In this document: piece after piece, positions 33,354-43,530 of the stretch
How the letters are laid out: the number at the start of each line of letters is the position of its first letter
How positions within the stretch are numbered: the stretch's first letter is position 1
Source of the DNA: Mayamaea pseudoterrestris
Taxonomy: Eukaryota
Direction: 5' to 3'
Length of the DNA stretch: 64,000 nt
Assembly (NCBI GenBank): GCA_027923505.1
Contig: BROI01000001.1
Coordinates: 2,418,001 to 2,482,000, forward strand
Position numbers and translations under genes: made by a program
The notes under the pieces: generated by a model
Databases searched by the model: none
Told to the model about the DNA's origin: nothing
Seen by the model: the letters and a program-made list of their open reading frames with translations, nothing else

Positions 33354-36300
33354 TACCTTAAGGTAGCCTCGGAGATACCCGAGTCAGCATGGCTGAACCA
33401 GCCCAAGGAATCGTTCCTGCAAGGACTGACGAGGAGCGATGGAAAGATGAGCGCTGGAACAAGAAGCCTGCGGCGATCCCCAAGTTGGATAAAGACAAGA
33501 AGTTTTGGACTTGGAAGATGGAGATCGAGGCGTGGCAAGTTGCGCATGACTTGGACAAGGTAATGGATCCAAGCGGATGGGCGGACCTGCCGACGCGAGA
33601 AGAACAGCCAAATCAATCGTACGCCAACAGGCGAGCCGTCAAGATGAACAAGGTAGCCATGGCGCAGTTAATCATGGCGCATGGCGACGGAGACAAGGGA
33701 GCGGAGTTCCTCTTGATCATTACGGAATCAAGGACGGAAGCGTGGCCGACGGGCAAGGCAAGTGACGTCATGAAGAAGCTGATCGAACAATATCAGCCGA
33801 CCGATCAAGTTGCCCAATTAAAGTTGATGGATGACCTTAGCAGTCTCTCGATGCGAGACAGCCAAAATCCAACCAAGTTGTTCCTAAAGGTAGCAGAGCT
33901 GGAGAGTCAGTTTCTAGCGTCAGGAGCAAAGCTCGAGGAGCGTCAAGTCGTTCCTCATATCATCAAGGCCTTACCGGAGCGGTACAGCGGACGAGTGTCG
34001 GCCATGTTTGAAAAGCACAAGGAGCTAACCAAAGCAATGATACGCGAAGGCGTAGAGGCAGAATATCGCCTCCAAGTGGCGAAAGGCGCCATCAAGGAAG
34101 ACGACGATGAAGATGAAGATGAACAAGCTCTCTTTACTCAATCGTCGATCGGAAAACCCAAAGGGCTGCTGGCTTTGCGGCAGCACGGAACACAGGAAGA
34201 AGGACTGCCCAAAGTATAAGGGAACGGCGGCGGCGGCGGAGGCAACAGAAGCAGGTCGAAGAAAAGATTCCAAGGAACGTGCGACGAATGCGGAAAGCAA
34301 GGGCACAAGAAAGAAGACTGCTTTCATCTTGAGAAGAACGCCTCCAAGCGCCCCGCTTGGTTCAAGAAGATCTTGGAGAAGAAGAATGAGTCGGCAAATG
34401 TCACTTGTGACGACGAATTCTTCATCATGGCAACCAAGGGCGTCGCGGAGGTCGACGACGAGTTGTGGTTTGCCGACAACGGGTGCACGAGCGCCATAAC
34501 GAAGTCAAAAGAAGCAATGTATGAGACAAGGGCAGCAACAAGCGTCGATAAGATCAAAGTCGGGAACAGTGAATACGTACATCCCGAGCTTGTTGGAAAG
34601 TTGCGAGGCACAATCGTGGATAAGGACGGCAAGAAGGTTGGAAACTTGTCGTTGGATCGAGTCAGTTACTCGGAGTCAGCCGTCGGCAACCTCATTCCAG
34701 TCGGAAAGATGATAAAGGAAGGTTGGACGCTGAAGCAGTCAATAGATGGACTGGAGTTAAGCAAAGGAAAGCGCAAGTTAGTCTTCGATGTGACGGTACA
34801 AGTCGGCAGCGGAGTCTTCCACGCTATGCGAGTCAAAAGGACGCCGACGACGGCAGAACAAGCAACAGTCGCGGCAAACGCAAACAGAGTCGTTTCTTAC
34901 CAACAAGTGCATGAAGAGTTTGGCCACATGGGCAAAGCAGCGACTCGAGCGACAGCGAAGCACTTAGGATGGACGCTAACTGGAAAGATGAATCCATGCG
35001 TCTCTTGGGCGTAGCGAAGCGCCGAGAAGGATATCGCTCGAAAGGAGCCAGCCGAGAAGGCAAAGACACCAGGACGACGCATCTACTTGGACTTGACGAC
35101 GCCAAAGGATAAAGAAGGCAAGAATCTGCCAGGCAAGTTGAACGGTCGATGCATCGTGGACGAGGTGACAGGATTCAAAGTTGTCGACTTCTTCGCAACC
35201 AAGAACGCAATGGTGGAACCAACCTTGAACCTGCTTAGAGAATGGAAGCACAAAGGAAGGGAGGTTGAGTTTCTAAGGATGGATAACGCTGGGGGAACAA
35301 GAGTCTTGCGAGGCAAGCCAAGGCAGAGGGACTCGTCAAGCGCATTGAATGGACAGCGGCAAACACGCCGCAACAGAACCAAGCAGAAACCTGCTGGCGC
35401 ACACTCAAAGGGCGTTCAAGAGCTATAGCATACAGAGCAAACGTACCAGAGAAGCAGAGGCAGAAGTTCTTTGCAAGGCTAGTAAAGCATGCTAGCAAGT
35501 TGGATGGACTCACCATGGTCCAGTTGAATGGGGAAATGAAAACACGCTATGAGCACTTTGGCGAAAAAGATTCCACGCTTTGTTAAGTACATGAGGCGTT
35601 GGGGCGAGGCGTGCGTGCTGGTACAAAGGTGTCAAGAAACCGGGAATGGAATTTGACAAAGGCGCAGTCGGCATGTTGGTAGGCTTTCCGGATGACCATG
35701 AGGGAGACGTCTATCAAGTTTGGAATCCCAAGACGAATAGAGTTGCAGAGGTTAGAGATGTAACGTTCCTAAACAAGTGGTATTTCCAAGAAACGATCAA
35801 GGAGATAGCCGACTTAAAGGAGAAGGAAGGCATCGATTGGGATCTTGACACCCCAAGAGGTGCGACTCACGACGCGCAAGCCAGCGACAGTGAGGAAGAG
35901 GAGAGTGTCAACGGTGACGTTGACAGCGTACATCAGCAAACGAGCGCGCTGTCACAAAGATTGACCATGGGGAAGGAAGAACAATAACTCGATCCGGGCG
36001 CGTTGTAATACCAAGGCAACGATTGATCGAGCAAGTAACGCTGGCGTATCAGCTGGCGACCCAAGAATGCGCGTTGGCGATGCTGGACTGTGAGCTTACG
36101 CTCAACGCGGCAATCATCGAGGAGATGGAGGAAGGCGAGTGCTACGCGCCGGCGCGCGACGAGTTAGCGTGTTGGCGCAGGGATTGGCGATGGCATTGCG
36201 CATACATCAGAGCTACAAGTAATGAAGTTCAGCGAGGCAATGGCGAAGGGACCAGTCGCTGAATGGCAGAAGGCTGTTGACGACCAATGATCGAATGCTC

Positions 36301-37819
36301 AAGTACAAATGCTTCAAAGAAATCCCACGCTCGCAGCTTCCTGAAGGAACGAAGCTGATCGACACGACATGGGCAATGAAGCAAAAGGCAAACGGAACAA
36401 AGCGAGCAAGAATGGCGGTCAGGGGATTCCAGCAGATCGAAGGAGTCCATTACGATCCGAAGTTGGTGTCGGCGCCTGTCGTGAATCTATCGACGACGCG
36501 CATCATGTTGGTATTGATGTTGATGGCACGCTGGGACGCGCACATTGTCGACGTGCGAGGAGCATTCTTGCAAGGCAAGTTCGAAAACGACGAAAAGATT
36601 TACATTAAGATACCACAAGGATTCGAAAAGCATTATAAAGCAGACAGCGTGTTGCAGCTGTTGGCGCCAGTGTACGGATTGATACAAGCGGCGTACTGTT
36701 TCTATTTGGTGTTGGTCAGAGCGTTCGACAACCAAGGATACGGAAGGAGCAAGGCCGATCCATGCCTCTATTATCAATGGGGCGAAACAAGGATTACATC
36801 TTTGGTCGAGTCATACGGATGACTGCTTGTCGGCCGGAAAGGATATCATCACAGCGAAGAACAAATTCATGAGCGAACTCGACTGCGAGGACATTGGCGA
36901 GTTGAAAGAGCACATCGGCTGCAAGATCGATATCAACAAGGAAGAAGGATGGTTGAAGATAACTCAACCAGTCGCAATTCAAAGACTCAAAGACGAGTTC
37001 AATATACCCGACGAGCTCGATGAGGAGAGGCTTCCGGCGTCACCGGGAAGCAAGTTAAAGAGCGGCGAAACAATCGTTGGAGCGCAGGAGCATCACGAGT
37101 TTCGCAGCGGCGTTGGCATTGTTCAATGGATTAAAAGAGGCTCGAGACCAGAGATAAGCAACGCTGTTAGAGACGTTGCAAGGCGTCTACAAGGACCAAC
37201 GGAAGCGCATGTGAAAGCGAACCATCGAATCATGCGCTACTTAACGAGGACTCCGGAGCGTGGACTCGTCCTCAAGCCATCGAGGCAATGGGATGGCACA
37301 CCAAGCTTTAAGTTCAGATTGAAAGTGATTACGGACTCATCATACGCGTCGGATCCAGACACAAGAAAGAGTCCAGGAGGCTACAGCACGTTTCTAGAGG
37401 ACGCGCCAATCGTTCAATGCTCAAAGATGCAAGACTTTGTCACGCTGTCGCCCACGGAGGCGGAGTTAGTGGAGATGACGAACGGAGCGCGCAAGCTGTT
37501 AAGCCACAAGCGATTACTGGAGTCGATTGGATTACAAGTCGAGCTCCCAATGAAAGTTATAGGAGACAACAAGGGCGCGTTTGATCTAACGAACAATTGG
37601 TCGACGGCCGGCAAGACGCGTCATATTGACGTGCGATATTATTTCCTTCGAGAGTTGAAGGAGAAAAAGATTATAGACATTGAATGGATTGGAACCGACG
37701 ACAATTGCGCCGATATCTTTACAAAGAATCTGGGCGTGAAGGCGTTTAACAAGCACGCAAAGGTGTTCGTCGGCGACGATGAGTACTTTGAAGATTAAGT
37801 ACATCGGATCAGAGGAGAG

Positions 37820-38089
37820 TGCTGAGAATCGGTGATTAAACAGGTGATCCTCAGTACTATGGCCTACATCCCAGGGCATTGGTAAAGATGCGGGATCGAC
37901 TGGCTGCGTTGCAATGAACAGGACAGTTAGCTATAGAGACTCGGAGACACTCTTGGAGAGGTCAAGATTCCAAGAGTTACGGCGGTCGCTTAGGATAGAA
38001 TAAGCTCACTCTTTTATAGCGGATCTTTTGCAAGCGAATAGGAGAGGTTTATATCGTAAATTACAAGTACATTTGGAGCAATCTCAGCA
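37820..38089 (+). repeat. 3' LTR (270 bp)
   Basis: Identical to the 5' LTR except a T6 vs T4 homopolymer; preceded by the PPT. Confidence 0.95.
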
Positions 38090-38558
38090 AACCCATGGTT
38101 GCCCAAGCCAGCTTGTGAAACGACATGTACTGCGGCTTGCTGTTTGTTGATTTGTTTCGGTCAAGAGCATAAATATGCTCATGTTTCCATATATCCCACA
38201 TTGGCATATCTGACAGCACTTCATGTTCTTTGGGAGCTACCAACTGTATATTGGTTGTATGAGGCGCTTGACAGTACGTTGCGACGGCTTGGTAAGCTAG
38301 CTGCTGCTGCGCAGCCATTGACATGGCGTTTGGAGCATACAGAAAGCCAGGATAGTCAGACAATGTGTAGAGTGGACCTTGATAGCAATTGCTCAAGCTT
38401 GGGTCTAGCTTCACTCGTTCCATTGTGTGGTCTGATTGGCAGCTGCATGTCGGTCGAAATTCGTTCGAAAAGTCGACGAGTTGATCGAGGTCATCGATGC
38501 GATCGGGGTTGTTGGGCTGTCGTCGGAAGCGCTGAAAGCAATTCTTAAACTCATCCAT
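38090..38558 (-). pseudogene. 5' half of an ALKBH1-like 2OG-Fe(II) dioxygenase, cut by the Copia 3' LTR
   Basis: YPGFLYAPNAMS..YCQAPHTTNI..FHKLAWATMG resembles ALKBH1 KLRWATLGYHY. The frame enters the LTR immediately after MG, and the catalytic HxD...H is absent. Confidence 0.7.
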
Positions 38559-38949
38559 TTTGGATATTCCCGGCGTCGCTTATGGGTGGCTTTTGTGTCG
38601 TACCCATCTCGGATGACAACAACATGATGTGTTTGCGTTTGTCCCTTTTTGTGGCGTTTTAAACGAGTACCGGTACGTCATTTGGTTACTCATATGAGTC
38701 ACAGTTTCACCGACGCACGCGAACCCTTGCCACATCATGGCGTAGCACCAAGCAATGTTGCTGCTGCTGCCATCAATGCGCAGCCCACATGGCAAAACCC
38801 ATCACCAACTCATCCGGCGCCAGTATTACCATCACCGAGTCATAAATCGTAACGAAAAGATAAATCTAGAAAGTGAATCTGGCTACTTGTCCGGTCACAG
38901 CACATAGGTTCCATTGCAGAGACCAAACGCTGAGCCGTTTTCGTCTAAC

Positions 38950-40797
38950 ATGCCAATACCATCGACTCGCATGGCAAGGAGGTTCGCCCTCGTGCTCCTC
39001 ATGTCACAATCAATTGTCGCATTCTCGCCAATGCATGCGCGGCTACCATTGTCTCATACATCGACTGCACTCAATGGGAGCTTCAAACGAGCAAGGTATT
39101 TTTTCAGAACGAATAGTCGACTGCTAAAGACCTTTCCAGCAAAGTTAAACGGCGAAACTGACATTGGAAAGGAATCTACATATCGGCTGACGCAAAGTCC
39201 AAAATATTTGGAACAGATTGATCGATACAGAGGATACAGGCGCGCTATCGAGGAACGGAAAAGCAGCAATGCCACGGAAACGACTCGCTTCTTTCGCAGA
39301 ATTGTATCCGACGCAATGATTGACGACTGTCGGCGTCGCTCCAAAGTCTATGTATCAGACTGGACGGATGCTTCCAAAAACGTGAAAAAGGTGGTGCCAG
39401 CGATTCTCTTTCTTTACTTTTCATGTTTATCGCCGGCCGTGAGCTTTGGAACCATCGCGACGCAGATTACGGGCGGATCGATTGGTATCACAGAGTTTCT
39501 CCTAAGTTCCGGCTTGAGTGGAATGGCGTACGCCATTTTGTGCGGCCAGCCCATGGCCTTTATCGCGCCGACGGGTTTGACACTGGCATTCATATCGGGT
39601 CTCTACAGGTTCTGCTCGGTGAATATGCTTCCATTCTTTCCAATCTATGCCTGGGTCGGGCTCTGGACCAGCTTCTTCTTCGTATTACTTGGTCTTGGAG
39701 GATCTAGTCAGTTCATTCGATATTGCACCCGGTTCACCGATGAAATATTCAACGCATTGCTTTCAGTGAATTTCATATACGAGGCGGTCTCGTCACTGCG
39801 ACGAAATTTTGAACAGGCTGATCCGTCAAACTTGTCAATGCCATTTATTGCATTAGCCATGGCGTTGAGCACATTTTGGGCCACAATGAAAGTAACAGCC
39901 TTTGAAACGAGCAAATACTTTAACCAAAAAGCGCGAACGATCATTAAGGATTTTGGTCCAGTTACCATCTTCGTCCTCATGTCATGCCTTAATCAGCTTC
40001 CCTTGATCAAGAAGTTTGCCGTTCCAACGCTCACACTCCCGGCATCATTTGAACTTGCTGGTGGACGAAATCTTTTAATACCTTTAAACGCCATTCCCTT
40101 GCAAATGAGGCTTTTGTGCGCCGTTCCAGCAGTACTTTTGAGTGCGCTATTCTACATGGATCAAAACATTAGCGTCAGAGTCGTCAACAACGAGGACAAT
40201 CAGCTAAAGAAGGGCGCGGCGTACAATCTAGACATGGTTGCCTTGGGCTTGATTACTGGTGTCTTGTCACTCGTTGGTTTGCCCTGGATGTGCGGGGCGA
40301 CGGTGCAGTCGCTCAATCATATACGGGCCATGACCGAAACGCGCTTCAACGAAACAACCGGACAAGCTGAGGTCGTGGGAGTGCTGGAGACGCGAGTGAC
40401 TGGGTTCAGTGTTCATGCACTCATCGCCGCGACAGTCTTCATCTTGCCGGTACTAGGTTTTGCGCCAATACCTGTTGTAGGAGGTGTTTTCCTTTTCTTG
40501 GGTCGTAAGCTAATGTCAGGAAACTCTTTCCTGAGGCGGGTGCGCGATACATTTGTGCAAGAGAACAGACTCCCCGACGACCACCCCATACGATATATTG
40601 GCAGGAAGAAGACCACTATATTTACTTCGGTTCAGCTCCTATGTCTCATGGGTCTTTGGGCGTTCAAACAAAACAGCTCGACAGCTATCTTGTTCCCCGG
40701 TGTCATCGGTCTTTTGATGGGGATTCGAGCGTTTGCTCTGCCGCGTATATTCACCGAGGATGAGTTGAACGATCTGGGAGATCCTACACCGGCATAG
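38950..40797 (+). CDS. SLC4: SLC4-family bicarbonate/anion transporter with plastid-type presequence
   Basis: Motifs LFLYFSCLSPAVSFG, GQPMAFIAPTG, TRFTDEIF, FYMDQNIS, LKKGAAYNLD, PWMCGATVQSLNH and ETRVTG. Signal peptide ends IVA-FSP. Start at 38950 or 38971. Confidence 0.92.
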   Translation: MPIPSTRMARRFALVLLMSQSIVAFSPMHARLPLSHTSTALNGSFKRARYFFRTNSRLLKTFPAKLNGETDIGKESTYRLTQSPKYLEQIDRYRGYRRAIEERKSSNATETTRFFRRIVSDAMIDDCRRRSKVYVSDWTDASKNVKKVVPAILFLYFSCLSPAVSFGTIATQITGGSIGITEFLLSSGLSGMAYAILCGQPMAFIAPTGLTLAFISGLYRFCSVNMLPFFPIYAWVGLWTSFFFVLLGLGGSSQFIRYCTRFTDEIFNALLSVNFIYEAVSSLRRNFEQADPSNLSMPFIALAMALSTFWATMKVTAFETSKYFNQKARTIIKDFGPVTIFVLMSCLNQLPLIKKFAVPTLTLPASFELAGGRNLLIPLNAIPLQMRLLCAVPAVLLSALFYMDQNISVRVVNNEDNQLKKGAAYNLDMVALGLITGVLSLVGLPWMCGATVQSLNHIRAMTETRFNETTGQAEVVGVLETRVTGFSVHALIAATVFILPVLGFAPIPVVGGVFLFLGRKLMSGNSFLRRVRDTFVQENRLPDDHPIRYIGRKKTTIFTSVQLLCLMGLWAFKQNSSTAILFPGVIGLLMGIRAFALPRIFTEDELNDLGDPTPA

Positions 40798-40840
40798 TGG
40801 TGGCTACGTTAATACGCGACGGCTATTGTCTTTGTATTGT

Positions 40841-43294
40841 CTATATTTTAAGTACATTAATTGCCTCCATGATATCTGCTTTACATACGATACAATCTTC
40901 GGTCTTACTTTCCCGGCGCATGCATCGGAAAACCGATTCACGGGTGATGCCCTCTAGATCGGCAGCGCTAGCGTTCTTTGCGACGAGTTCAGTGGCTAGC
41001 GAATATAGATCCACGTCGTCGCAGAGAGGAATGCGCGAGTATTGATGCTGCAGAATCTCCCATGTATCCTCAATAGCAGGAAGCGAAAGCTCAATGTGCG
41101 CTTCGAGACGACCCGGGCGAAGTAAAGCCGCGTCAAGGCTATCTAAGCGATTTGTGCACGCAACGACCAGCACATTGTCCTTCAAACCTGACGAAACGCC
41201 GTCCATTTCATTCAAAAGTGTCGACAGCAGACGAGAATAAACATCAGTTGACTCACCAGACGTCCCTCGGTTATTTGCTATCGAGTCAAGCTCGTCAAAC
41301 AAGAGACAACAAGGAGATGCTGCCCTGGCCCTCGCAAATAGCGATCGAATGATTTCTTCCGATCCTCCCAGCCATTTGTCCAGCACGTCCGCAGCGCGAA
41401 CTTGAATCATGGGTAGGCCAAGTGATGAACCCAAACAAGTCGCCGCCAGCGTTTTCCCACACCCCGAGCGGCCATGGAACAAGACACCAGACGGTGGCGA
41501 GATTGCGTGAGTCGTTGCCGAAAGTGCTGTCCCGTTTTCAAAATGCCGCCTCCATGGAGCCACCACAGTGCGAAAGATCCTCTTTTTCAACGAAGCAAAA
41601 CCACGGAACCTCTCCCAACTTCTCTGATGTATTTCAATCCAATCGAGTTGAGATTCATTCTCCAGGTACAAAACTGGCTTTTTGACATCCAGAGTGGCGA
41701 GTTGAGAAGGACGGCATGCACGGGCGGCACTTTTCCAAGTGTCCCAATTCATTAATGCCGCTTCATCTTCAGCAGCGTCCATACACGCGTCAGCTACCAT
41801 CCGATGCAAGTCTCCTGCCACGCATCCTGCCGTTGCTACTGAGAGCAGCTCTGACCAATTTTGACGTGTGGCTTGCTCCAAATCGATATGCTCAAGGAAA
41901 TAGCACAAAATTATTTCTCGTTGGCGCTGGGTAGGCGGGCTCATTTCAATTGCCTTTTCTAGCCGACCAGCTTTGAGCAAGGATGGCGGCAGCCTTAATT
42001 TATTTTGTCCGGCGCCAATAATTCTGGCGTTTGCAGCGACAAGTCGATCAATCGCCTGCAAAACGCAGTTCAATAGCAATCTCCGTTCGTAGTCCATTGC
42101 TACATGTTCCTCACTCGCCTCATCTAGTTGCAATACGTCCAAATCGTCAATCATCCAGCACGTTTTGTTTGAATACTTTGTCGGCATGAGCAGGTTTAGT
42201 AGCGACTCTTCCGACGAGCTATTTGCGTGTAGCAGCATTTCCTGCAACGATACATAGTGGACGAGCATTTTTTGTTGCCTTTGCAGATTGCCGCGTATGT
42301 ATTGCAATAGGCGAGACTTGCCGACTCCGGCGCACCCCAGTAGGAACAAGCCTGAAGGCGAAGCCGGACCTTGCAAGCAAAGAAGTTGCTCGATAGACTC
42401 CGCGAGTGGTTCATACCCTGGGCAGGATGATGTTTGTTGGCCGGGAGAGGAGCCATACTCAGTACTTTCTGCTTCTGTGGATAGACCATCGTCAGGCGAA
42501 GCAGTCATAATGACTTGAAAAGTGTCGCTCGTTCCAAGCCTGTAAGCTACCTTGTCGTCGCTACTGCCATTGACAGAATGTACGACGGCGACAATGAAGT
42601 TCTCATCCGACTCTATAGATAGAACAATCGATGTTTTGGCCATGATATATCGGCCCTGCAAGGCACTCTTGATAGCAAAAGTCAAATCGCCATCATATAG
42701 AGTAGCAACGTCAGGGTCGGCATAGAGGCACTGCATTTGGATGCAAATGTCGGCGTCAATCTCACCAATCTCGACTTTTTCGACAGACCAACAAGAGGAA
42801 GATTTAAGTTCTTCTGCCGGACACGACGGAATCAACATTCCAGGATACGGAATGATCGGAGCGATTGTCATTGCGTCATTGTCGAGACAGTCGTCAAGAT
42901 TCATTTCGTTCGTACAAAGCACTTCTGCTGATTGCGTAAGAAAGTCGAAGAGAACGTGATGTAGTCGGAGCTCTCGCTCGTTGCTGGATTGTTGCTTTCG
43001 CGGTATCAGCTGCATGACACACCTCGTAAGCTCATGATACTCATCGTTTCCTCGTCCAAGAAGCGAAATCACGACAACGCCAAATGGCTTGGCTCCAAGT
43101 CGATCAAAGATTGAAACTGGAGCTTCTGCCAAGCCCAGCCAGCTCGAATTGCAGCTCATAACGCTTGTGCGTACTCTTCGAGCAAAATTGAAAAGAGACA
43201 GGTCCCGTTGTAGTACTTGTAGGTGGTCGGAAAGTGAATGGGAAAAAAGCGAGATCAAAATTTCACTCAGTCGTACCGTTACTAACTGCGACAT
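40841..43294 (-). CDS. CDC48/AFG2-like double AAA+ ATPase
   Basis: D1 has GCAGVGKS and WMIDDLD. D2 has GRSGCGKT, LLFDELD and the SRH TNRLDSLDAALLRPGRLE. Confidence 0.85.
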   Translation of the reverse strand: MSQLVTVRLSEILISLFSHSLSDHLQVLQRDLSLFNFARRVRTSVMSCNSSWLGLAEAPVSIFDRLGAKPFGVVVISLLGRGNDEYHELTRCVMQLIPRKQQSSNERELRLHHVLFDFLTQSAEVLCTNEMNLDDCLDNDAMTIAPIIPYPGMLIPSCPAEELKSSSCWSVEKVEIGEIDADICIQMQCLYADPDVATLYDGDLTFAIKSALQGRYIMAKTSIVLSIESDENFIVAVVHSVNGSSDDKVAYRLGTSDTFQVIMTASPDDGLSTEAESTEYGSSPGQQTSSCPGYEPLAESIEQLLCLQGPASPSGLFLLGCAGVGKSRLLQYIRGNLQRQQKMLVHYVSLQEMLLHANSSSEESLLNLLMPTKYSNKTCWMIDDLDVLQLDEASEEHVAMDYERRLLLNCVLQAIDRLVAANARIIGAGQNKLRLPPSLLKAGRLEKAIEMSPPTQRQREIILCYFLEHIDLEQATRQNWSELLSVATAGCVAGDLHRMVADACMDAAEDEAALMNWDTWKSAARACRPSQLATLDVKKPVLYLENESQLDWIEIHQRSWERFRGFASLKKRIFRTVVAPWRRHFENGTALSATTHAISPPSGVLFHGRSGCGKTLAATCLGSSLGLPMIQVRAADVLDKWLGGSEEIIRSLFARARAASPCCLLFDELDSIANNRGTSGESTDVYSRLLSTLLNEMDGVSSGLKDNVLVVACTNRLDSLDAALLRPGRLEAHIELSLPAIEDTWEILQHQYSRIPLCDDVDLYSLATELVAKNASAADLEGITRESVFRCMRRESKTEDCIVCKADIMEAINVLKI

Positions 43295-43530
43295 TTAAGT
43301 CCAAGTAGTAATGTTACACGACCGATTATGTATAATAGTGTTTTTTATGGTACTCTAGTTCTTGCATACTGCCTAGGTAATGATAATTTAGTTATCTAGC
43401 AGCTAATTTTCTGGGGATATACAGGGGATGGACACCGCAGTGCATTGACTTTGCTTTCGCTTTGGGGATAGTTCCTTTCAACGGCAACATTGTATCTCCA
43501 CGAACATCAAGCCTATAATAGCACAAATTG

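Larger units (their letters stand above)
33082..38089 (+). mobile_element. Full-length Ty1/Copia LTR retrotransposon with two near-identical LTRs; coding region frameshifted
   Basis: Gag from 33389 with two CCHC knuckles (CWLCGSTEHRKKDC, CDECGKQGHKKEDC). Protease WFADNGCT, HEEFGH zinc finger, integrase, RT (ARMAVRGFQQ, VDVRGAFL) and RNase H (TDSSYA..TEAEL..RHIDVRY..ADIFTK), in Copia domain order. PPT AGAGGAGAG at 37811-37819. Confidence 0.95.
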
